Source: Eledone cirrhosa (lineage: Eukaryota). Taken from it: a DNA stretch of 64,000 bases. The position numbers and the translations under genes were made by a program. Positions 53,680 to 64,000 of this stretch are shown one piece after another. Location of the stretch: positions 225,246,001 to 225,310,000 of the forward strand of contig OZ024740.1 in assembly GCA_964016885.1 (NCBI GenBank), given 5' to 3'. The notes beneath the pieces were generated by a model, which was not told the DNA's origin, did not search any database, and was given only the letters and a program-made list of their open reading frames with translations. Within the stretch, counting starts at the first letter, position 1; every line of letters starts with the position of its first letter.

Positions 53680-55553
53680 ATAATGATACATGACATACCC
53701 TGAGATGTTAAATGGTTAAGATTTAATGAACGTAGTGATTAACCTAAAAGAAAATTTCACATTTATACCCTAATTATGAGAAAATGCGAAAACCTAATAA
53801 ATTCAATAGAGAATGTGTGAGTAAGAAAAACGTTGCTTAATGTAACAGTTATAGAGATTTTAAAATGTATGATACTACAATTTATCTAGGAAAACATCTC
53901 ATGAATCATAACAGCCAGTGAGAGCCCCTGGAAAAGGATTTATAGAGAGGGAAAGATAAAGGGGGGGGGGGTGATATATGCAGAAGGAGATTTTGCCGAA
54001 AGTTAAACGGTTAATTTTTAAAATATTTAATTTATAATTTTAGGGTGAAGAATCAAGATTTCAGGATTTTTTTGCTGGATATTTATATATTAGTTTTATA
54101 AATTCTATAAGTGTGTTAACATTTCTAAGCTTCTGAGTTTTATGAGGGTAACATTTAAAGGATTTAGCTGGCACATCAAGAATGAAATTTTATACTGTTG
54201 ATTATTTTCCTAAATTTAAACTTTAACAAAGATACCAACATATTAGGTATGTAAAGCTTTTGAAGTACTTATTGTTAGAAATATTTAAATAACGATTATG
54301 TATATAGATATATATTAATGAGCCAGTATATTTTAGGTAAATAATAACGACGAAGATAAAAATAAAATAATAGATTGAGGCATGTTAAGGTTAAATATAC
54401 ACCTATATACAACTGGGTGTAAATGCATTAATTATTCTTTAACAAAGATACCAACATATTAGGTATGTAAAGCTTGTGAAGTATTTATTGTTATAAATAT
54501 TTAAATAACGATTTTGTATATAGATATATACAAAATAGAGCCAGTATATTTTAGGTAAGTAATAACGAAAATAAAAATAAAATAATAGATTGATGTATGT
54601 TAAGGTTAAATATACACTTATATATAACAGGGTGTAAATGCATTGATTATTCTTAGTTCAGAGTATACATAATCAAGAAATTTAGAAGCTGACTAACAAT
54701 TATGTATAGGAAGATATAGGGACGTATATATAGATATATATTAGGTATTAGTGGTGCTGTATACTTTAGGTAAATGATAACGGTTATACTTTTATAAAAT
54801 AGAGTTCAACGGGTTACATTTAAATACACATATATATATTAGAAAAACAATAAGGGCATGTATAATTCAGAGTTCAAAATAATGTCTATAATAATAATTT
54901 TTAGTTTGGATATTTTCTCTATATTTGAATCATGGATATAGAAATGCGGTAGGTATATTTAAAAATATATAAAATATAATATATAATTAAATACATATAA
55001 TACATTATATTATAAATAAGAGATCAAAAATGCACCAAAACAATTCACATTTATATATAAGTTTGAATCTGTTTTAAATTTTACATTTTAAAGTGCAGTA
55101 GGTATATTTAAAAATATATAAAAATATAATTACATACATATTATAATATACTATATTATATTATACTATAAATAAGAGATCAAAAACGCATTAAAAATTC
55201 ACAGTTATAGATAAGTTACGTAAAGATGTAAACTTTAAAACATAGATAGGAAGATAGATAGAGAAATAAAGAAATAGAGAAATAATGGTATTGATCAAAG
55301 TTAATAAAATAATGTTATGTGTATCAATGTTCCGGCATGTTATTGAACAAGTGTCTTTCATTCGAGCGTTATTTCTTCTATAGATAGCTATAAGATAAAG
55401 CAATATTAAAGGCCATTAGTGATTTTCCCTGTTGTTTATATATTCCTGGCAACTAAGTTATTAATGTGTTAATGTTATTCTCTCTTTTTTTTTCTCGTTT
55501 TATGGGAGGCTAAAAAAGTGGACTTAGCTTTATGGAGGCAACTAGAGAATAAA

Positions 55554-56177
55554 TCACTTTTTTGGGTTAATTAGGGTCTCATAGTTATTAATAATCAACA
55601 GAGTCTCCATTGTACAGAGCGCGCAGTTATTAGATATACTAGAGATACGGTAAATTCCACAGTTCCGAAGTTTTGTCCAAAGAATGGAGTATTTTAAATT
55701 GTTCTCTTTTAATGACCATATGAGCTGTGATAAAGACGTGGATGATTTCCTCTTAGAGTTCGATAATGAGCATTTATGGTTCGCAAGTCGGGCTTTGAAT
55801 GTCGAAGGGGTTGATCCTATGTAGTTGTATGTGTTGTGATCAGTTTTTACGGTGCATTTATAAACCAAATTACTATCTAGACAATTATTTTGCAAAGGGC
55901 AATCAGTTTTATTTCTACAATTACATTTTGGTTTAGTATCATTTATGTTAACTCTATTATTAGGATCATTATGCTGGTTCGGTTTTAGGATTTTAGTGTT
56001 TAATTTGGCAATGTTTTGGGCCATGTTCATAGTTGTAACATGTGAGAATTTAATGGTATGTCTATTAAAAATGGAATGGTATTTATGTTGAGTAGGGAAA
56101 GAGGTGTCAAGAGCGTTAAAGAATAATTTCGCAATTGGTGTTTTAACTACGACCGAAGCAGGAGGGGGGAGGGGCAA
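55554..56177 (-). pseudogene. PLE GIY-YIG endonuclease fragment
   Basis: IFNRHTIKFS, CNCRNKTDCPLQNNCL, LVYKC...YIGST, FKARLANH, CALCTME. Confidence 0.9.
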
Positions 56178-56301
56178 ACCATGTTAATAAATACAACATT
56201 TGGCTTGGGTAAACTTTAAGATGTTCTTTCATTGTAGGTTTCTTTTGTCCTTCTCTCCTCTTCCTTCTTTATCCCCCCATCTCTCTCTTTATATCTCTCT
56301 C

Positions 56302-56333
<32 letters not shown>

Positions 56334-56566
56334 ATTGGATATTTAGTAAAATCGAATCTCTGGCGGTTTGCAAGCAAATTCGGCCTATTTATGAGGTGAT
56401 GAGTTAGCAAAGCATTCGATAAGTTAGGTCCTTACAGTAATAACTGTTTCTACTTTTGGCACAAGAGTAATAACATACGTTTAAATAGCTTGACAAATCT
56501 AACATTGTGGTAGACAAAATCTAACCCACAACAACATACCAAAGTAACGATAGAACTAACAGGTTG

Positions 56567-56654
<88 letters not shown>

Positions 56655-56787
56655 CAAAAAATCGCTGCTTTCACCCTTAACGGGATCTTCTGAAACTAAA
56701 AAATCAATCTGTGAACGCAGAAGTAAATATTTCGAAAAACGTTACAACGGAAAGAAAACAGGAAGACGATACTTTGGTTCGTGAAGA

Positions 56788-57020
56788 CGTTAGGAATGTC
56801 GTATAACCGGAAGTGTTGACATTTGAAAATGTTAAAGAAGTGAATATTTAAATAAACGATAACATATCTTGAATCTCTTAACAGAATTAAGTAGACGAAA
56901 ATACCCCACTGTCTTACTTGGAAAAGGTTACATCTATGGTGCAAATTTGGTGCCGTTTGGTTCAGGCGTTTGGCGAAAATTTTGTTACATACATACGGCC
57001 GTCAGCTTTATAGTATAGAT
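56788..57020 (-). mobile_element. Helitron 5' end fragment
   Basis: Inverted homologue of 57151-57375 (TCTATACTATAAAGCTG...). Confidence 0.75.
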
Positions 57021-57150
57021 ATATATATTAAATATATTTATATATTATATATTATATATATATATTATATATTATATTATATATATATATTATATATTAT
57101 ATGTATATTTATATATATTATATATGTATATATATATTATATATTATATA

Positions 57151-58210
57151 TCTATACTATAAAGCTGACGGCCGTATGTAAGTAACACATTTTCCCCCAA
57201 ACGGCTGGACCAAACAGCACCAAATTTGCACCATAGATGTAACTTTTTCCAAGTTAAAAGTGACGGTAATTTTTTACTACTGAATTTTGTTAATAGATTA
57301 AAGACATTATTTAAATATTCACTTCTTTAAAATTTCAAATATCAACACTTCCGGTTACACGTCATTCGTCACGTTTTCTTATGACGTCACACAACATTCC
57401 CCTCTTTTTCTTAGTCTGTATGTCTGACTGTCTACATTAGATAACGTTTTTCGAAATATTTACTTCTGCGTTCACAGACTTAATTTTTTTTTCCAGAAGA
57501 TCCCGTTAAGGGTGAAAGCAGCGATTCTTTTCTTAAACTCTAATCTGTTATTTTAATATATATATTCATTTACAGATATTTTTTGCATACACAAAAACAA
57601 AAACCTATTTATTTCACGAAAGTACAGACAGCTTATCGTCATTGTGACTGTTCGAAGTTAGAGGACCACAGTCTTTCCAAGATCTGAGAACCATGAATGA
57701 TCCACTTACCGTTTGGCTTGCCAAATGCGTGGTATGTTACACGATGACAGCCATTGGCACCTCACACTGAAAGAAGCAGCAACTGCTAAATTCCTTTCTC
57801 AGCTGCGAAAACCTTTTGCTATTATGCTGCACAACTGCGATCTCGCCCAATCTCTTCATCTTTTCTCCGGAGGGCCGAACAAAAGATATTGTATATTCTG
57901 AGGCTCTAACAATGTAATTTATATATTTACTGTTACTTGGAATTTCCATTATGGTTGTACAAATTATTGTTTGTTTAAAAATGTATTCTCTGTTCAGCCT
58001 TTATTGTTTTAACTATCAATTTTCTTTAACGTACTGGCTGCTGAACTGGAGAATCCTAAAAATTATTCAAACCCAACATCAGAGCACGTTACCCCCCCCC
58101 CCCCCGCTCCTCTCGATGACTTGAGAGGGCGTGCAATATCTTTGCACTAGAGTGTAGGGGGATTCCTGAAAAGATAAAATGCCGGTAAACCTAGCCGGAC
58201 GGGCCAGCTA

Positions 58211-58211
<1 letters not shown>
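57151..58211 (+). mobile_element. Internally deleted Helitron with a RepHel remnant
   Basis: 5' TC terminus; RGPQSFQDLRT and ACQMRGMLHDDSHWHLTLKEAA..QLR..FAIML (57630-57860); GC-rich hairpin plus CTAG at the 3' end. Confidence 0.85.
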
Positions 58212-58250
<39 letters not shown>

Positions 58251-58327
58251 TAGTGGCCCGTCCGGCTGGCGCCGGCTAGATAAAATGCCGGTAAACCTAG
58301 CCGGGCGCCAGCCGGACGGGCCAGCTA

Positions 58328-58411
<84 letters not shown>

Positions 58412-58431
58412 ATATATATATACATATGTAT

Positions 58432-58892
58432 AAGCAAAATAATTAATGAAAGATTTACAAGCCGTTGAAACATATCTTTATAAAGCTCTTACACGTGTAT
58501 CGCCCAGTAGGGCTCATCTGAGGCAGATATTACAAGCAAAGCTTTTAATTACGGACCCTTAGGGTCCGTAATTAAAAACTTTGCTTGTAATATCTGATAT
58601 CAGATAATATCTGCCTCAGACGAGCCCCATTGGGCGATATACATGTAAGAGCTTTATAAAGATATGTTTTAACGGCTTGTAAATATTTCATTAATTATGG
58701 ATTGGTAGTATCGGTAGAGGGTCGGACGCCATGCTTTCCAGCATAGTTACGTCCCTTTACGATCTAAGTTCAAGTCCCACCGAGGTTGACTTTGCCTTTC
58801 ATCCTTACGGGGTCGATAAAATAAAGTACCAGTAAGGCACTGGGTAATTGCTGGCCTTGTGCCTAAAGTAGAAACAATTAATTATTTTGCTT
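58432..58892. mobile_element. Fold-back element (pivot 58560) with variant hammerhead-like motifs; SINE A inserted at 58698-58878
   Basis: Arms of about 128 bp; the right arm resumes (TAATTATTTTGCTT) after the SINE. Confidence 0.85.
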
Positions 58893-59039
58893 AACCTTAC
58901 ACTAAATATTAACTTTCTCTAATATTTAACCCTGATAACCCAAGCATCGAACACTTACGCATCCGCTTTTGGCATGTAATATTATGTATCGCACCTCTTT
59001 ATACCTCTTCTTTCTATCCCCGTTTACGGTATTGTAACC

Positions 59040-59117
<78 letters not shown>

Positions 59118-59179
59118 GCCGTGCTAAGAGTGGGAAATGAAATTTCGTTTCATTTTTTCCGTTTATATATATATATATA

Positions 59180-61198
59180 TTTATTAAAATAACAGATTAA
59201 AGTTTAAGCAAAGAATTGCTGCTTTCACCCTTAACGGGATCTTCTGAAACTAACAAAGTCAATCTGTGAATGCAGAAGTGAATATTTCAAAAAACGTTGC
59301 AACCGGAGGAAGACAGGAAGGCGATACTTTGGTTCGTGGAAACGTTCCCTGGCAAAGAACGGGAAAATACGAATATAATATGTCATTATTTGGAGCGGTG
59401 TATAAAGTATCCAGTGCATAAAGTACCAGTAAGGCACTGGATATTTGCTGGCCTTGTGCCTAAAGTAGAAACAATTATTTGGAGCGGTGAAAATCAATTA
59501 CACGCAAAGACAAAAACCACGTTTATGGTATAAAAGAAGTCGTAGACAAATATTTTATTAGGTGGTTCATAGAAACGTTCTCAGGCAATGAACAGAAAAA
59601 ACGAAGATAATACGTCATATGTGGAGCGGGGAGAACAATTGCATATAAAGACAAAACCACGTAAATGTTATAACTTAAGTCGTAGACTAAAATTCTAACT
59701 AGGAAACCGAATGATTCTCGGCTTCAGAGTTAAGAATAAAGTAAATAAAATACAGAGGTAATTGAAATAAATACATACACGCATCCATATACGTATGTAC
59801 ACAAGCATACGCGAAAACACTCGCCATGGGTATGCAAATACAAGCACGTACACAAAAAACAAAAAAAAACACGCACGCCCGTACAGAACACACACAACGC
59901 CTGTACCCGCACACATACGAACGTGTACACCAAATACACATAACATATATATAAAAAAAATATGTATATATGTGTGTGTGTGCGTGTATACATAATATAT
60001 ATAAATAAATATACACACATAAATACGTATATAACAAGCGCGCACACATACCTACATGTAAATACACATATGTTCGCGAAAACACTCGCCATAGGTATAC
60101 AAATACACGCACGTACACAGACAAAAATAAAGTACACGCACCGACAGAACCCACTCAACTTCTGTACCCGGACGCATACGAATGTATACACCAAATACAC
60201 ACAACAATATATATAAAAATATATATATTAATATATATATGTGTGTGTGTGTGTGTGCGTGTATACATATAATTAAATAAACGTATCTAAATAAATAAAT
60301 ACGTATATAACAAGCGCACACACATACCTACATGTAAATACACATATGTTCGGAAACCACGTCAACCAAAACACGAAGTACACATATACACACACCCTAC
60401 ATACGTACGAACCCGCATACTCACACAGACGCAAAACTCACATATACGCATAACCAAAAGCATATGTACCAGAATATATAATATATACGCCATAACACAT
60501 ACAATCAAATATACGTACGAGGAAGTATACGTATCTTCATAAAACATACATGTAATATATACTTACCTATACAAATAAGTAATGGTATAAACATAACATA
60601 TACTTAGCTACCACATCAAGACGTAATATATCCGCGTATAGTTCGTACTATCCGTTAGGGTATAATGTGGGGCTCTAATACAGGAACGTTTTGTGCAATT
60701 TATGTTTACAAGCCGAAATTGCCTCACATTTTTTGTTTAAGATGGTGTCTTTGGCGTAGAGTATTTCCAGAGCATCAGCGGCGCAGAGGTCACAGGGTCT
60801 TTTATTTCCGTTATACGATCTAGCCCTAGCTAGGATCTCACTTATATTGGGTATGGTTGTCTTTTATACTCCAGATATAAGCTGAAAGTGACGTCATATT
60901 CCTTCTTAAAGGGTAACGAAAAGAATCGGTATGCATGTAAAGACGCTGCTTGAATCTATTGGCGGTTAACCCTATGTAGGCCCTACGGGACGTGGGTGTT
61001 TCAACCTTACATTTGTAGACAATGTTACTAGAGAGGCATTTCCCGGATAGGGGCAGTCAACCTGATTCCTACAATTACAGTAGTACTAACTACAGGGCTG
61101 CACGTGTTCCTACGGCAGCTCTACGTTTCATATATATTTGATATATATTTATCCTTATCGAGCCCTCTTTGGATTTTAGTCTTCAAATTTATTATTAT

Positions 61199-61201
<3 letters not shown>
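59180..61201 (-). mobile_element. Longest copy of family X (about 2 kb), TA-flanked, with an inverted terminal segment
   Basis: 61130-61201 is the reverse complement of 52461-52530; internal tandem duplications; truncated SINE at 59401-59472 with TSD ATTATTTGGAGCGGTG. Confidence 0.8.
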
Positions 61202-61255
<54 letters not shown>

Positions 61256-61262
61256 TTTATAT

Positions 61263-62032
61263 ATGATCTCTATGTGTTGGTATTTTAACGATAGTTATAG
61301 CTCTGATTTTTGCAAATTATTGAGCCCTCTGCCACATATATCGGATATTGTTTATCGTGATTTCGTGGGCTGATATTCCGATTCTCGATTATTCTACTAT
61401 ATTTAGCTCTAGACCTTAGCTATTGACCAGTTAATTTTATTGATGATTTTTTTTTGTTGATCTTATTGACTGATGAATAGCTCTTGTTTATTTTAACACG
61501 TCTGTTGAGCACTCTGATTCGATATGTGATAATTTGTATTCTTACATAATTTACACATCACCGAATTCTTTCGCTAATATAGGGGTTCCCTCCCTTGCTG
61601 AATACCATGTGCGTTTTTGGCTTTGGGTCCTCTCTGTATTATGGAACGAAATACTCGTTGAAGAAGCCTTTCCGCGTTCATCGCTTCTCTAGAAGTCTTA
61701 TATATTTTTTATGTGGGCTGATAGTGATTGGATTAAGGAATTGCAGAAACCCAAGAAGCTAGATTTAACATCTTTCTAGCGGGTCCGGGTGAGTTTTTTA
61801 CATTCATTTAATTTATTAATTTATTGATATTTTATTTGAGTGACCCGAATCTTCCTGGTCGTTCTTTTTCGGCTGCACGGGTGATTTTAGGCATGATCTC
61901 TATGTGTTAGTATTTTAACGATAGTTATAGCTCTGATTTTTCAAAATTGTTGAGCCCTCTGCCACATATATCGGATATTTTTTATCGTGATTTCGTGGGC
62001 TGATATTCCGATTCTCGATTATTCTACTATAT
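61263..62032. mobile_element. TA-flanked element with terminal direct repeats of about 140 bp (period 630)
   Basis: 61263-61402 matches 61893-62032. Confidence 0.8.
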
Positions 62033-62075
62033 ATATATTATATATGTATATATATTAAATATATATTATATATAT

Positions 62076-62129
<54 letters not shown>

Positions 62130-62130
<1 letters not shown>

Positions 62131-62550
62131 AACGAAAAGTCAGTGATGCATCTCAACTCAATTTATTATGTGTTACAATTTTTTCGCCGGCGGACAGCTC
62201 GAGACGCAATCATTGTGTGGATCTATCTGATTCTGGACCCGCAGGTTCGACGCACACGTCTAATGATTTCGGAGCATATTCTCTCAATGTGAGAGCATAC
62301 TCTCTCACTAGTGAAAGAATATGTTCCAAAATCCTTAGACGTGTCCATCGAACCTACGGGTCCAGAATCAAACAGATCCACACAATGATTGCATGTCGAG
62401 CTGTCCGCCGGCAAAACAATTGTAGCACATAATAAATTGAGTTCAGGTGCATCACTGATTTTTCCTTTTCTATTCTAACATACTCTGCTCTGTAAGAGCA
62501 TAGAGTGCTGAACCGGCATTCCGCCTATGGAAGCATCTTAGCTACCATCA

Positions 62551-62552
<2 letters not shown>
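62130..62552. mobile_element. Hairpin family H, copy 2
   Basis: Homologous to 38177-38580, with a duplicated pivot. Confidence 0.85.
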
Positions 62553-62627
<75 letters not shown>

Positions 62628-62646
62628 TATATATATATATATATAT

Positions 62647-63557
62647 ATACTATAAAGTATGTCCATAGAATCGTTTGATAATATATATACACCATTTCCT
62701 CTTGCTTATGCTAATTGGGAGAGGAAATGGTGTATATATATTATCAAATGATTCTATGGACATACTTTATAGTATATTGCTCTGATTATTTATTTTATTA
62801 ATTCTTCATTGAGCCACATCGTGAATGGTTGCCAAAACACATATATATCTGTGACTTTGTTTAGTTTGTATATGTAAATGTTTATATTTAATAATCTCCC
62901 ATAAGGTTGAGATGCAATTTGGGCAATATTGGGCTGCGCTTTCTAGCAACCAACCCATTCGCCGCAAGCAACCAATCACATTCTTTCTTACTTGACCACT
63001 GCCACGTCACGATTCTTAGCCATTTTGAATTTATGTTTGGCGGGTACCACTTTAGAAAATAATCTGTCCTAACGAGTTTGTCTCCTGGCGAGTTCGAAGC
63101 TATAGATTTTATCCTTAATAGAATATATCAAAATGCGAACGAAACCCAAGGGTAGGGACATAATCCTGGTATGTATATAAGCATTTCTAACTTTAATTTT
63201 ATACCTAATTGTGTATGGTTGACCGTATATTTAATCGATTTCCACGTGCTGTTGAAATGTTGGGTAATCACTCTATGGCGGTTGGCCGCGAAGAGATTGC
63301 TATCGTTTATTTATTTACTATTTCTTCATAGGTGCCTTTTAATCTTATAGCCTGGTCTAATTGATTTCTTGTGTGGTTAATTATGCTAATTGGGAGAGGA
63401 AATGGTGTATATATATATTATCAAATGATTCTATGGACATACTTTGTAGTATATTGCTCTGATTATTTAATTTATTAATTCTTCATTGAGCCACATCTTG
63501 AATGGTTGCCAAAACACATATATATCTGTGACTCTGTTAAGTTTATATATGTAAATA
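62647..63557. mobile_element. TA-flanked element with direct repeats of about 175 bp (period 675) and an inverted 55-bp end
   Basis: 62706-62880 matches 63381-63557; 62647-62701 is inverted at 62722-62775. Confidence 0.82.
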
Positions 63558-63572
63558 TATATATATATATAT

Positions 63573-64000
63573 ATTAAAATAACAGATTAAAGTTTAAGCA
63601 AAGAATCGCTACTTTCACTCTAACGGGATCTTCTGAAACTAAAAAAGTCAATCTGCGAACGCAGAAGTAAATATTTCAAAAAACTTTGCAACCGAAGGAG
63701 GACAGCAAGACGTGACTTTGGTTCGTGGAAACGTTCCCTAGCAAAGAACGGAAAAAATCGAAGATAATACGTCATTATGTGGATCGGTGAGAACAATTAC
63801 ACGCAAAGACAAAACCACGTAAATGGTATAACTGAAGTTGTAGACTAAAATTCTATTTAGGAAACCGAATGATTCTCGGCTACAGAGTTAAGAATAAAGT
63901 AAATAAAATACAGAGGTAATTGAAATTAAATATATACATACACGCATCCATATACCTACGTACACAAGCATACGCGAAAACACTCGCCATGGGTATGCAA
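63573..64000 (-). mobile_element. Family X copy running off the window
   Basis: Same left terminus ATTAAAATAACAGATTAAAG following (TA)n. Confidence 0.82.

Larger units (their letters stand above)
53560..56215 (-). mobile_element. Second PLE remnant: GIY-YIG C-terminus and long 3' region with tandem repeats and a hammerhead
   Basis: ORF 55554-56177; direct repeat of about 215 bp at 54221/54437; same-strand hammerhead at 53627-53679. Confidence 0.75.

Overview
AT-rich eukaryotic, gene-poor repeat landscape. The SINE, RTE and (TA)n/(CA)n content resembles an octopod or other cephalopod genome (inference from recalled repeat families). I found no supportable intact host gene, and most ORF-track entries are microsatellite translations. 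Recognisable content: degraded RTE LINEs whose RT carries an inserted C4HC3 (PHD-like) finger; R4/Dong-like and CRE-like LINE fragments; a mariner fragment; Helitrons; about 20 copies of one tRNA-derived SINE; and two Penelope-like element (PLE) remnants (RT with YRDD plus GIY-YIG). The main unexplained structure is a set of small, mostly (TA)n-embedded fold-back elements from several unrelated families. Many carry minimal type-I hammerhead ribozyme motifs with palindromic stem III, and two fold back exactly inside the predicted stem II. One is a 260-bp tandem unit containing a full tRNA-like cloverleaf. Together these suggest a PLE-driven, retrozyme-like non-autonomous system that targets TA repeats. 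All motif calls were made by eye and coordinates are approximate to a few bases.
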